Below, in pieces: positions 39,552 to 52,868 of a stretch of DNA of 64,000 bases. The stretch covers positions 42,160,001 through 42,224,000 of the forward strand of contig OX597837.1 in assembly GCA_951406725.2 (NCBI GenBank), in the 5' to 3' direction. A program made the position numbers and the translations under genes. Numbering within the stretch: the stretch's first letter is position 1; every line of letters begins with the position of its first letter. The notes beneath the pieces are model-generated. The model was not told the origin of the DNA and made no database searches. It saw nothing but the letters and a program-made list of their open reading frames with translations. Origin of the DNA: Octopus vulgaris. Its lineage: Eukaryota.

Positions 39552-40689
39552 AAGTGTCAATGTGATCATTCAGACTGCTAGAAATAGCAGCCATATCTTC
39601 CTCAAATTCTTTCAACTGTCTTAAAAAAAAAGAGAGAGTTGGAATAAATATCATGAAACATTCCATCTGCCAATTCATCACCATTTAAGAATGTCCTACA
39701 CCAAGCAGTCCCTTTAACACACACACACCTTTTTTTTTCCTTAGCACTGCATCAGCTGTGATAAATACTGACAATGGATTATAGAAATGAGCAGTGGTAC
39801 CAGCTGCTTTGATCTACAGCTGACATTACAAAAGAAGCTGGTTGGCTATACTATATTTGGGTATTTTCACTTAAGCTGGATTTGGTAGACAAGGCCATCT
39901 TTCTAGTCAAAATATCAATCTCTATCCATACTTCTGTTGTAGACTGACTTTATTCACAAAGATCACATGGGTAGAATAGAAAGGAAGGCAGTCAGCAATC
40001 AGTTCTTGTGGCACTTCGGTAAGTTTTAAGAAAAAAAAAACAAAACAAATAAAAACCATGAAAACTTCTCCCTTTCACAGAAATAGAACCCTACATCTTT
40101 ATCGATAAAAACCACCTGTCATCAGGTAGGAATATTTTATGTTTGGAAACTTTAAGAAGCAACAATTGACAGATAACCCATTTCTCACTTTTCTTCCCTT
40201 TTACCAAAAGCTTTCAGAGCATTGTGACAAAGAATATCTCCGTTTTTCTCTTGATGTTAAGCAGCTGAGAAAGATACACCCATCATCATCGTCACCACCA
40301 CAATAGACCAAACAGGGATCTCTCGTAGGTGTTGCATATGAAGCAATGCGAGATCAATACTGCAAGCTAAAACACTGATCAATTACACAATGTTCCCAGC
40401 ATTGAGAAATGTAGCTAAGTGATGGAGTCTTTCAGAGTTGACATTATTCCAACACATCTCTGCCATCTCCTCATCATATTCTTGCTTCTTCCATCCTCTC
40501 ATCTATTCTGGTTCTTCTGCTGTTGTCACTACTCTCTCTCTCTACATCACAAGTACCCATTTCTGGTTTTACTGTATTGTTCCCTCCACAGTTCATGCAG
40601 TATGAACAGAAAAAAAGTTTAGCGTTCTGAGGTCCCTCAAATCCTGTCTCACCAAGTTCCATTCAACTTCTCTTAATGCTGGCACCCAC

Positions 40690-41150
40690 AAGAAAATGTA
40701 CCCATTACACTCTGTAAAGTGGTTGGCATTAGGAAGGGCCTCCAGCAATAGAAACCAAACCAAGGGACATATACAAGCATTAGCGCTTAATGGGAAGCCA
40801 CTCAGACTGTGGCAATCTGGTAAACCTATGCCTACATGGAAAGCAGACATGAAATAATGATTATGATACAATGATACATCATCATCATCATTTAGCGTCT
40901 GCTTTCCATGCTAGCATGGGTTGGACGGTTCAACTGGGGTCTGGGAGGCCAGAAGGTTGCACCAGGCTCCAGTCTGATCTGGCAGTGTTTCTACAGCTGG
41001 ATGCCCTTCCTAACGCCAATCACTCCGTGAGTGTAGTGGGTGCTTTTTACGTGCCACTGGCACAGGTGCCAGATGGGGCTGGCAAACAGCCATGGTCGGA
41101 TGGTGCTTTTTATGTGCCACCGGCACGGGGGCCAGGCGAGGCTGGCAACA
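40690..41150. mobile_element. Tail-to-tail inverted pair of SINE C copies
   Basis: Plus copy about 40690-40866 (gtggttggcattaggaagggc...catggaaagcagac) abuts minus copy 40878-41150. Confidence 0.75.
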
Positions 41151-41208
41151 TAGATACATATTTAGTAACAATTTGATAGGTGTGCTCTGAGTGCCCACAA
41201 AACTTCAA

Positions 41209-41430
41209 CCCTTTCATTACTGTATTCATTTTGAGACGCTCTGTGTTCCTTTCAATTAATTCTAAATATAACAAAGAATTTAGTAAAATAACTTAATTAT
41301 CATTAAGCTAGTGTTAGGAACATAAATTGTGACTAAGGTTTGGTGGAAGATTTTAATTCAAAACTTTTGAAAACAAAACATTTGAACTACAGAGCCAGAG
41401 GTGGTTTCAGCCAGGTTGGTATTGAAGGGG
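41209..41430 (-). mobile_element. piggyBac-like MITE family 1
   Basis: Reverse complement of 15689-15910; tcaa|ccc...ggg|ttaa. Confidence 0.85.
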
Positions 41431-42149
41431 TTAAGACATATGGAGCAGAGTTAAACTGATATTAAAAGTATATGTAACTCCTAGCAAACTTTCCACCCCT
41501 TGCTAGAAATGGAAAAAAAAAAAAAGCACTCCTGAAATTTCTTCATAACACTAAGTACATAAGTGATATATATATATGACTGCACGTGCTAGTAAGTCTA
41601 TATATAAAATAGTCTGAGAGGCTGGTTAATAGACCCTATAAATCATTAGATTGCTTGTCAGTATCATATTATATAAATTATCAATATATCATATATAGGC
41701 ATATGGACAAATAATTGACACCATTTCATCATTAAGAATTTTTTGTTTTGTTTACGAGCCTGCAACAGTATCCGTTTCATTTCTCCACCCTCTCAGAAAC
41801 AAGATCCAATGTGTTAAACTATTTATTCCTCAAGCTAAAAGAACTTGTCAAACTCTCCAACAGAATTTCTTACAATCTCAAAAATATCTCTCTTCAAAAA
41901 AGGTACATTTCTCTCATTTTCTGTGTTTGTATAAAACACTTCCCTAAACATAATGATAATCCTTATGCTATTTATACTATGTACTGACCAAAATAGGGGT
42001 TCGTTTTAGATTTAGTAATTAAAGTAATTAGGTTTAGTAATCAGTATTGTTTATTACAGGTCCATCTTGATTAAACATATTTATGATGAAATACATTCCA
42101 AATCTGATCACGCAGTCTTCTTTTTTTTCTTCAAAAACAAAGTATTTTT

Positions 42150-42497
42150 ATTTACTTGTTTCTGTCATTAGATGGTGGCCATGCTGGGGCACTACCTCAA
42201 AGAACTTTAGTCAAACAAATTAACCCCACTACTTATTTTTTTAAGCCTGGTATTTATTCTATTAGTCTATTTTGCTGAACCGCTAAGTTACAGAGACATG
42301 AACACACCACCACCATTTGTTAAGCGGCAGTGGGGGACAAACAAATACAAAGACACACACACACACATGTACATACATATATATGACAAGCTTCTTTCAG
42401 TTTCCATCTACCAAATCCATTCACAAGGCTTTTGTCAACCAAAGGCCATAATAGAAGACATTTGTCGAAGGTGCCATGCAGTGGGACTGAACCTGGA
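42150..42497 (-). mobile_element. SINE B
   Basis: Reverse complement of family B body and tail. Confidence 0.75.
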
Positions 42498-42571
42498 ATT
42501 AATTTGATTGCAATTTCTAGCAGATTAAATAGAAGCACCCTTGACCCATTGTCTTTGCTATTTTTCTTTAA

Positions 42572-43045
42572 CCCTTTCAATGCCAACCCGGCTGAAACCA
42601 GCTCTGGCACTGAGTACAAATGTCTTGTTTCCATAAGTTTTTAATTAAAATCTTCCAGCAAACCTTAGTCACAATTTATGTTCCTTACACTAGCTTAATG
42701 ATATAACTAAGTTATTTTACTAAATTCTTTGTTATATTTAAAGTAATTGAAAGAAACACGGAGCATCTCAACAGAAATATGGTAACAAAAGGTTAAAATA
42801 TATAATAGAGAAACAACTCTTAATCCTTTTGATACCAACCTGGCTGAAACTGCCTCTGGCTCTGAGTACAACTGTCTTGTCTTCATAAGTTTTGAATTAA
42901 AATCTTCCACCAAACCATAGTCACACTTTATGTTCCTAACACCAGCTTAATGATATAACTAAGTTATTTTACTGAATTCTTTGTTATATTTGAAGTAATT
43001 GAAAGAAACACAGAGCATCTCAAAATAAATACAGTAACGAAAGGG
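42572..43045 (+). mobile_element. Two adjacent piggyBac-like MITE family 1 copies (42572-42792, 42824-43045)
   Basis: Each copy is bounded by TTAA, with 27 bp between the inner TTAA sites. Confidence 0.88.
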
Positions 43046-43565
43046 TTAAAAACAATAAGTTCTGAGATGAAGGGTATTTGGCTGCTATCTCTAGCAGGTT
43101 ACATAACAGCTCCCTTACTGGTTGTAGTTTCAGTTTTATCGTATGGAAGACTAAATTATCTGCAACGACTTAGAAATCACAGACTCAGTAGTCTTCCGAG
43201 AGTTCAACCAGCTTCTGTTAGGTTGTCTTTTAGTGACAGTCATTGTAAATAATTCCTTTTAATGGGAACCGATGTAATCAATTAATGTTTCCCAACTGCT
43301 GGAACAAGGGGGCTTAGGTCAAATTTAAAGGGATTTGAACTTGGCTCCTGGCACTTTGTTCTGTACATGCTTCGCTGCTTGTCTACCCACCCACCACACT
43401 AGCCTTGTGGATAAATGAATAAAAGTGTTCTTTGAACATAGCCTCGCTTAAAATTCGCTTTCAAGCTTTTTATATCACATCGCCGCAGTATATTCATTGT
43501 GTCTACCTTCCTTGCTGACTGGGGTATCATCATCACCAATACACATACAACATTATATACGTATG

Positions 43566-43605
<40 letters not shown>

Positions 43606-44046
43606 CACGCACGCACAAACACACGTTCAACATCACACAAACATAAACACACATTTAGTTGTTCTTCAACAAGTTGACAACTGACAACTTTAATTGAATT
43701 TCCCTATCATTCTTCTTCCGCTGAATACAAATTGTATTTGATGTGACTGAAATTTGATTTTCTTTCCTGATAAATTGAGATGAAAATTAATGAAGATAGT
43801 TGTTTTGAACTCTTTTCTCAGATATGTCTGACAAATGTTAAAAATGATTAATAGAATTGTCAATTTTATTTTCGGAAAAACTTTTTTTTTTTTCTTGTTC
43901 CGATTTCTATTTCATTTGAACATTTTTGCCTTTTTATCACAAGATTTCTGTAGAATTAATAAGTTATATTTGTTATAGAAAGGACAGAAGTGTGTGTCTG
44001 TGTGTGTGCATGAATATATGTTTACTTGTTAGGATGCAGCTATGTA

Positions 44047-44095
<49 letters not shown>

Positions 44096-44206
44096 ATGAT
44101 GAAACAGAATCCAATAAGGCTGGCGTTGCTCCGTGTCAGCAAGACTTATATTTTGTAGTAAAATCAATGGAAAAAGTTCAGTGAACTTACAGTGATAGGT
44201 GAAAAA

Positions 44207-44240
44207 TCCAACGTTTCGGACACGGTCTTTCTTCAGGTGA
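44207..44240 (-). ncRNA. Minimal hammerhead ribozyme-like motif (Penelope-type)
   Basis: Minus strand tcac-CTGAAGA-a-agac-cgt-gtcc-GAAA-cgtt-gga. Both core boxes intact, palindromic AACGTT at helix III; stems I and II imperfect. Confidence 0.5.
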
Positions 44241-44719
44241 AAAGTTGAAAGGTGAGAAATGGATGAGAGACAGGAGAGATTTACATCCACTGACTTAAAT
44301 CCTCTGCTGTTTCCTATTAATCTCTCTCCTTTCAGCCTTTTCTCTAAAGAAGCTCTGTTGAATCTTCAACTCTTCATTATAAGTTCACAATACAATTTTA
44401 ATACCTTACACACACATTCTTTTGTTCTTTTCTTTTTCTTGTTTCAGTCATTTGACTGCGGTCATGCTGGAGCACTGCCTTTAGTCGAGCAAATTGACCC
44501 CAGGACTTATACTTTGTAAGCCTAGTACTTATTCTATCGGTCTCTTTTGCCGAACCGCTAAGTTACAGGGACGTAAACACACCAGCATCGGTTGCCAAGC
44601 AATGTTGGGGGAACAAACACAGACACACAAACATATACACACACACACATATATATATACACGACAGGCTTCTTTCAGTTTCCATCTACCAGCTTGAGGC
44701 TATAGTAGAAGACACAGCA

Positions 44720-45067
44720 TGGAAATAAAAACCTTCAAAGGTAATAATTATTATTAAAATTATAAATTAGGGTATCTAGGAGATACCGCCATGCTGAAAA
44801 TAGCAGCTAGGATCTGACTCTAAGACCATATTAAGTGTTCATATAGCACAAGAAGAGAAGACAAAGAGACAAAATAAAACTAGTAATTATCCAGTAATTT
44901 TTTACTAGTTTTATTTTGTCTTTTTGTCTTCTCTTCTTGTGCTATATGAACACTTAATGTGGTTTTTGAGTCAGATCCTGGCTGCTATTTTCAGCATGGC
45001 AGTATCTCGTAGACACCCTAAGTTATAATTTTAATAATAATTATTACCTTTGAAGGTTTTATTTCCA
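44720..45067. repeat. Long inverted repeat, ~167-bp arms, 15-bp spacer
   Basis: 44720-44886 is the reverse complement of 44902-45067, with about 10 differences by manual alignment. Confidence 0.95.
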
Positions 45068-45116
45068 GACTGGTCACTTGATAAGATCGTTATTTAATTT
45101 AAATTAACGATCTTAC

Positions 45117-45172
<56 letters not shown>

Positions 45173-45470
45173 AAGTGGATCATATATCCGAAAGAGAAGC
45201 ATATTCTAAAAAATAGAGCATTAATGCATTTTCATGCAGTTAAATGTACGTCCAGTCAAAGAGTGAATAATGGTTTTGCATTCATTTATATGCATTGACC
45301 ACAGAAACAACAGCTGGTGTATAGATTCCATGGTAAACCTGATCCAGCAGACCTATACTCAAAGACAACATGTGACAAACTTATTTTTCCTTTTTAGCCA
45401 TTTAGCATTCCATGTTATTCTATCAAATGTAATTCTGATTCATTCTCATTTGTTTTGAGTTAATCATGCA

Positions 45471-45740
45471 TAATAATAATAATAATAATTGTGTACAGTG
45501 CTCAGGTGCACTACAACTCATCTAAAGTGTATATATAATCAGGTGTAGTTTTGGCGGATTTCGGAAAGCATGAGGGCCTTAAAGGATGCAGTGTCATGGC
45601 AGTCAACAACTGACGCAGGCAGTTTATTCCATGCTTCAGCAACTCTGAGCGTGAAAAATGTTTCCGAAAGTCATGGGAGCTGTATTGTTTTCTGACTTTG
45701 TAGGCATGTCCACGTGTGTTAGACACATGGAGATCAAAAA
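45471..45740 (-). mobile_element. CR1-clade LINE 3' end with (ATT)n tail, nested in a piggyBac-like MITE
   Basis: IFDLHVSNTRGHAYKVRKQYSSHDFRKHF / TLRVAEAWNKLPASVVDC: the CR1 TRGH...FF..RV...WN.LP motif. Confidence 0.85.
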
Positions 45741-45851
45741 TTATTTCATAGTTTTGAGATTTCAATTTTTGATATGACACTGTAAGGTAGGTATGAGAAG
45801 TTAGGTATTACTAGTTTGAACATAAAACAGGTAGAATATCTGGGCCTCAAA

Positions 45852-46230
45852 TCATCATCATAATCGTTTAACGTCCGCTTTCCATGCTAGCATGGGTTGG
45901 ACAATTTGACTGAGGACTGGTGAACCAGATGGCTGCACCAGGCTCCAATCTTGATCTGGAAGAGTTTCTACAGCTGGATGCCCTTCCTAATGCCAACCAC
46001 TCCGAGAGTGTAGTGGGTGCTTTTACATGCCACTGGCACAAGGGCCAGTCAGGCGGTACTGGCAACAGCCATGCTCAAATGGTGGTTTTTGCGAGCCACC
46101 TGCACAGGAGCCAGTCTAGCGGCACTGGCAACGACCTCACTTGAATGTCTTTTTATGTGCCACTGGCACAATTGCCAGTAAGGCTCGAATGGTGCAGTAA
46201 GGCAATGCTGGTAATGATCATGCTTGAATG
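45852..46230 (-). mobile_element. SINE C, long copy with internal subrepeats
   Basis: (CAT)n tail, family C body, repeated gtgccactggcaca units. Confidence 0.8.
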
Positions 46231-47638
46231 GTGGCCAATTTAAATGCTAAAGAGTTAAACATACTTGGACCAAGAACAACTCTATCCAGTGTGCCCTTTT
46301 TTTTCCTGTTTTTTTAGAATGGTAGGGTGAGATTTGAGGGAAATTTGGGTGTTATTTCTCACAAGTCGTGTGATCATGTAGAAACTCCACTGCTGGCTCA
46401 TACATCAGGGATTAGTAAATACAGAGGAAGAATTGTTAAATATTATCAACGTGAAATTGATGATGATATTATTATTGGATAGGTATGGTTGAAATAAACA
46501 GAAGTATCCAAAGAAACTAATGCAGATGTCTAATAAAGAACACGTCTCAAAGCATAAGACGTCTGCTCTTCCATATACCAATATAGCAAATCAATTTATT
46601 CCACTAGATATGATTTGTTTTGGCTAAAGGTAGAAATCTCGATGAGAATTTCAGAAATAAACTATTACTAAGATCTGTTTTTACCAAACTCATGGAAATA
46701 GCTTGAAAGAATATACCAATACCATGGCAAGATTTGAACTCACAAACAGTAAGTGGTAATTTATATAAATGTGTCACAAACAACTGGGCCTTTGCATAGA
46801 CAGGCACCATATTGTCAGCTGTGACATCAATTAATTCCATTGGTTAATAGCTGTTGAGCCTAGTCAGATGTTTTTCTCATAGAGAATACGGAGTTTGCAT
46901 CACAAGTCAGTTCTGTTGTTTTGTATGTTCCTTCTCGAGCCATTCCTGGCTCATAAGGGCCAGGTTTCCCAGTTTCTTGGCGTATAGGTTCCCCACCTGG
47001 ACGGGACGCCGGTCCGTCGTAGTTCTGTTGTTTAGCCCCAGGTCAAACCCTGACTAACTAGACTCATGATCAAGGTGCTTCAGCTCTGAATACAACTTTT
47101 GCTACAACCAGGACAAGATTGTTCAATGTGTCCTATGTTAAGATAATTGGGTGGTCATTTGAAGGGAATTTGTCTGCTATTTCTAGCATATCTAATGACT
47201 ACCAAGATCTGGCACGAGCAACCATTTTCAAGAAGCAGGTTGCACAAGACATACTTCACCATCAGGTGGGCCACACTACTAAGAAAATTCAAGTTAATTT
47301 TTTGTTAGGTATGCCATTTCAGAAAGTCCCACAGGCTACAGGTTGCTCATAGCTGACCTTGATACTCCCTTATAAGCTTAGTGATCATTCGCTCTGCTGA
47401 GTGATCATTCGCTCTGCTGCCCTTCTATAGACTCACTCTCTCACCTGAATCTATAAGCAGCATTTCTTATAGAGCAGTAGTTCTTAACCTGTGTTTTTTT
47501 GTTTTTTGGTAGCATCCTACCTTTAAGTAGTTGTTATGCATAGCACCCACATAAGTAGCAAGTGAAGTATCACGACTAAACTAACTTAGAAATGTTACTC
47601 TTAGAATGGATTGTATAAGCTTTTAACAATGAAATGTT

Positions 47639-48000
47639 AGTGGCTGTGTGGTAAGTAGCTTGCTTACCAACCACATGGTTCTAGGTTCAGTCCAGTGTGT
47701 GGCACCTTGGGCAGGTGTCTTCTACTATAGCCTAGGTCCGACCAAAGCCTTGTGAGTGGATTTGGTAGACAGAAATTGAAAAGAAGCCCATCATATATAT
47801 GTTTGTGTGTCTGTGTTTGTCCCCCCAACATCGCTTGACAACTGGTGTGTTTACGTCCCCATCACTTAGCGGTTCGGCAAGAGAGACCAATAAAATAAGT
47901 ACTAGGCTTACAAAGAATAAGTCCTGGGGTCAATTTGCTCGACTAAAGGCAGTGCTCCAGCATGGCCACAGTCAAATGACTGAAACAAATAAAAGAATAA
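47639..48000 (+). mobile_element. SINE B near full-length
   Basis: agtggctgtgtggtaagtagc...aaatgactgaaacaaataaaaga. Confidence 0.85.
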
Positions 48001-48548
48001 AGACAAATGTTGTAAATTTACTTTATGTATTGCAAGTTAATGACCTCCCAGTGCTTAAGGAAACCTCATTATATCTTGATAACCATTATTAGTTTTTTAT
48101 TATGTATAATATAATTATTACCATAGTATGTTAATTACTACCCCACAAAGCCTAATATGCATTCCAAAATGTAGTATCTGGGGGGTAGTATCTCCCATGT
48201 TCAGAATGTGTTATAGAGTAACCACTGTCATTCCATAGACACAAAGTCATATTCCCTACACGGGTTGATATAATTGACTTACCTCCTCCCCTAAAATTGC
48301 TGGCATTGTGCCATAATTTAAAACCATGTCAAGTGGCCAGCTGGCAAAATGTTTAGCACCATTTCTTGAGATATTTTATATTCTGAGTTCAGACTTCGCC
48401 GAGGTTGACTTTGCTTTTCATCTTTTTTCAGGGTTGCAAAAATAAAGTACCAGATTAGCACTGGGCAGTCAGTGTAATCAACTAACCGACTTCCCCTAAA
48501 GTTGCTGGCTTCCAACCAAAATTTGAAACCATTATTATAAGACTGGGA

Positions 48549-48770
48549 GGCTGCGAGCTGGCAGAATCGTTAGCATGCCAGGCAAGATGCTTAATGGTAG
48601 TTCGTCTGTCTTTATATTCTGAGTTCAAATTCAGCCGAGGTCGACTTTGCCTTTCATCCTTTCGGGTGTCGATAAATTAAGTACCAGTTGTGTACTGGGG
48701 TCAATGTAATCGACCATCTCCCTCCTCCAAATTTCAGGCCTCGTGCCTATTATAAAAAGGATTATTATAA
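48549..48770 (+). mobile_element. SINE A variant with (ATT) tail, in a cluster of related copies (48250-48870)
   Basis: Family A head and core followed by a different tail (...aaatttcaggcctcgtgcc...aaaggattatt). Confidence 0.75.
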
Positions 48771-48940
48771 CAGACTGGACAAAATGCTTAGTGGAATTTC
48801 ATTTGTCTTTATGTTCTGAGTTCAAATCCCACCTTAGTTGCATTTACCTTTCATCCTGTCATGGTCAAACTGGTGAGTTTTTAACCTTTCTTTCTTAGCC
48901 CTCCCTCCTCTCTCTCTAGCCCCTCACTTTGTTCCTTTGG

Positions 48941-48994
<54 letters not shown>

Positions 48995-50118
48995 ATAATA
49001 AATAATAATAGGGTAATAAGAAATTATTATCACCAGTGGCCTAGCACAATTTGGTGGTTTTGAGTTTTCTACTGCTCTTTCTAGCGCAAGGCTTTCCTAT
49101 TTGGAAGCCCCTTATTGTACATATATATATATATATAGATAGATAGATAGATAGATAGATAGACCAATTGTTATATAAAACAATAAAGAGGCTGATGTTT
49201 ATTGAACACCATATGAGAAGGTAGTCTAGGACACTTGGTGGTGGTGCTGTTGGTGTTGATGATGAGGGTGGTGGTGGTGGTGGTGGTAGACATGATAATG
49301 AAGGTGGTGTTGGAGATGGTAATGATGATAGCAGTGGTGGAAGAAGCTGGAGAAATAAAGGAAGGGGGAGGAGCCAGGGATCTCCCATAAAATGACAATA
49401 ATAATATAGCCAAAAGAAACAGATAGAATCAAATAATGGATAAGTGTGAAAAGAAAAACAACAAAAAAACATTCACGATATATAAAAAAAATAACTGAAG
49501 AAAGAAAAAAAAAACACTTGAAGAGAGAGAAAAAAAAAATATGAAATAGTAAAAGATATGAGTCCTGGTTGTATGGAAAAACAAACTGTGAAGGATGGTG
49601 GCAGATAAGAAGGAATAAAAGAAAAAACAGGAGAGAGAAGAAAAAAATGATGGCTGGAGTGTGTGGGAGGATGGGGTTGGGGAGATGGTGGTGGTGGTGG
49701 TGAGGGTGGGTGGCGGAATTGGTGGCGGTGGTGGTGAGGTGGAGTGAAGGAAGAGAACAAAGATGCAGAAGAATCAAGATTATAAAGAAAATGGAAAAAA
49801 TATGTATGGGTTATGTCTGTGTGTGTGTGTGTGTGTGTGTGTGCATATATGTGTGTGTGCATATATGTGTGTGTGTGTGTGTGTGTATGTATATATATAT
49901 ACATACACACACAACCATACATATATGCATATGTATATATGTGGTGTGCATTTGTGTAGATATGTGTATGTGTGTGCATATATATATAATATACACACAC
50001 ATAACCATACATAAATATATATGTATATATATATATATAAATATATGTATATATGTATATATATAAATATATGTAGTGTGCATATGTATAGGTAAGTCTG
50101 TGACTATGCATGTGCGTG

Positions 50119-50154
<36 letters not shown>

Positions 50155-50525
50155 GAGAGAGAATGAGGGTGAATATGTATGCAGACATGTGTGTATGCGT
50201 CTATATGTGTAGACCTAGTAAAGGCTTGATCAGAAAAACAAGTAGTAGGAGGAGGAGGAGGAATGAGAAAAGGGAAAAAAACAAACAAATTTAACTAACA
50301 CCACTGATAAGAACAATGATGACGGTAATGACAATGACGATGGTGATGACGATGATGGTGATGATGATGAAGGCGCTGAGACAATGGTGATGGTGGCACA
50401 GTTTCTTGTGAAGATTCACAGGAGAATAGAAAGAAATGAAAAGACAGGAATATCAAGAGACAACAATAAGTTTTGTGGAGATCAGATGCAAACAAATGTG
50501 TGGAAAAGAGATAAAAAGACTTTAA

Positions 50526-50565
<40 letters not shown>

Positions 50566-51031
50566 CACACACACGCACACAATACACACACACACACACA
50601 CATACTCTTTCATACATACATACACATACACACAATTGTATATTTAAAAAAATTATCTAAATCAAATCTTTACAATATAATATAATATAATGATTTACTT
50701 TGAGTCGAAAAACATAAAACAAAACAATTTGTGTGTGTGTGTGTGAAGCAGAGAGAGAAAGAGAAAGAGAGAAGGAAAGAGAGAGAGAGAGAGAGAAGAG
50801 AAATGTTAGGAAGACAGGGGGTTGCTTCTGTGGCCTTTAAGCTGCAGGCGCTGATGAGGGTAAAGAGATTATCTGAAGGTTCAACAGGCAAAGGGCCAAG
50901 TTCATTAGGTCTGGCCTTAACCTCTGTAGTGAAAAAATTCCATTTTCTACAGGAGCAAGGTTAGCAAAAAGTTACTTTAAAGTGTTATTTTATCTAGAAG
51001 GCCTGTGCGTGTCTGTACGTTCTCTATCTTC

Positions 51032-51064
<33 letters not shown>

Positions 51065-51278
51065 CAGTGACAGACAGACAGAGAGAGAAAGAGAACTTTT
51101 AGCATTTTGGTCTTTATTACTCTTTCCATTCACAACTGGACGCTTATAGGAATATTTTATCGGCCCAAATACATTATTTTATTGTTCCTCACCCTAGTGG
51201 ATGTATGAAAGGTGAAGCTGGCCTCAGTGAGATTGGAATTCAGACTACAAAGGGACACAGCTAGATAACACTGCAAGG

Positions 51279-51968
51279 CAGGGGATCACAAATCGATGCG
51301 CTGCAGACCCGTGCCAGGATTATATGGAGCATTTGGTACCAAGCCACAAAGGAAAAATAAATTTCAAAATTTGATTTCTTTTTTATTGATTATTGCAGTC
51401 TGCAGAGTGCTTTTGTGTTGTACGTGTATTAAATATGCAATAATTAACTTATATATTATGTACTTTATTGTACTTTGTTATGCGCACATTTCTCTGGTCC
51501 ATGAAAAGCTTGTCTTGCATAAACTGGTCCATGGTGCAAAAAAAAGATTAGGGACTTATTTTGTTATTGCCCACAAGGTGACAAACAAGGTCAGACAAAG
51601 GGATTAAGTCGATTACATCAACCCCAGTGTGTAACTCGTACTTATTTAATCGACCCCAAAAGGATGAAAGGCAAAGTCGACCTCGGTGGAATTTGGACTC
51701 AGAACATAAAGACAGACGAAATACCTATTTCTTTACTACCCACAAGGGGCTAAACACAGAGAGGACAGACAAACGGATGAAGTCGATTATATCGACCCCA
51801 GTGTGTAACTGGTACTTATTTAATTGACCCCGAAAGGATTAAAGGCAAAGTCGACCTCGGCAGAATTTGGACTCAGAACATGGCAGCAGACGAAATACTG
51901 GTAAGCATTTCACCCGGCGTGCTAACGATTCTGCCAGCTCGCCGCCTTCATAAGATTAGGGACTGTTG
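51279..51968. mobile_element. hAT/Charlie (MER1-like) MITE interrupted by a SINE A dimer (51557-51946, minus)
   Basis: Ends cagggg... and aaactggtccatggtgcaaaaaaaagattagggactgttg; the SINE is bounded by TSD aagattagggact. Confidence 0.65.
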
Positions 51969-52444
51969 CTGTATATGTTGTCTGAGGGCTACCGAGAAGA
52001 AATACAAATACTTTCAGAGTGGTCACAGTGTGTAATGTTACAGGTCAGTTTCGCTACATCTAGAACACTGAATAAAATAACACAATTTGCCTCACTCTAC
52101 CTTCAAATATATGAATTAGTTATATATTTGACCACTTTGAAGACTTATATATTAGATCCGTGTTTCTCAACTGGGGTTCCCTGGAACCCTGAGGTTCTGC
52201 AAGAAAGAGTGAAATAAGCAAATGCTAATATCACGATCCTAATATTACTATATACGCACAACATATTATTGGCTATTATAATATTGTAATATATGGCCAA
52301 ATCAGACTGGAGTTTTGTACAGCCCCTCAGCTTACCAGCCATGGTCAAACTGTCCAACCCATGCCAGCACGGACAACGGATGTTAAATAATGTGATGATG
52401 ATAACTATCACAACCTGCAGAATCTTTTTTGTGTTATATCTTCT

Positions 52445-52845
52445 ATCTTTCACTTGTTTCAGCTATAAGATTGTGGCCATGCTGGGGTACTGCCTTGAAG
52501 AAATTTTAGTAGAATGAATCGACAGCAGTCCTTTTTTTCTTCTTTTAAGCCTGGTACTTATTTTTTCACTCTTTTGCTGAACTGCTAAGTTATGGGGACA
52601 TAAACAAACCAACACCAGCTGTGAAGCAATCGTGGTGGTGGTGGTGGGGGGGCAAACAAAGACACAAAGACACACACAAATATATAACAGGCTTTATTTC
52701 AGTTTCTGTCTTCCATATTCACTCTCGAGGTTTTGGTCAGCCCGAGGCTCTAGTAGAAAACACCCAAAGTGCCACACAGTGGGATTGAACCCGGAACCAT
52801 GTGGCTGGACAGGGAACTCCCTACTACACAGTCACACCTATGCCT
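52445..52845 (-). mobile_element. SINE B, older copy
   Basis: Diverged reverse complement of family B. Confidence 0.75.
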
Positions 52846-52868
52846 ATGCATGTAATATATTCTTACTC

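Noticed and set aside
47381-47420. 20-bp tandem duplication (similar ones at 30031-30100 and 617-705)
   Set aside because: Ordinary slippage duplications with no further structure.
49041-49777. Pro/His-rich ORFs
   Set aside because: Derived from (GGT)n/(GAT)n and A-rich low-complexity tracts; no splice or domain support.
50845-50890. CTGATGA-stem-GAAG hammerhead-like motif
   Set aside because: GAAA is replaced by GAAG and there is no consistent helix I/III or cleavage triplet.
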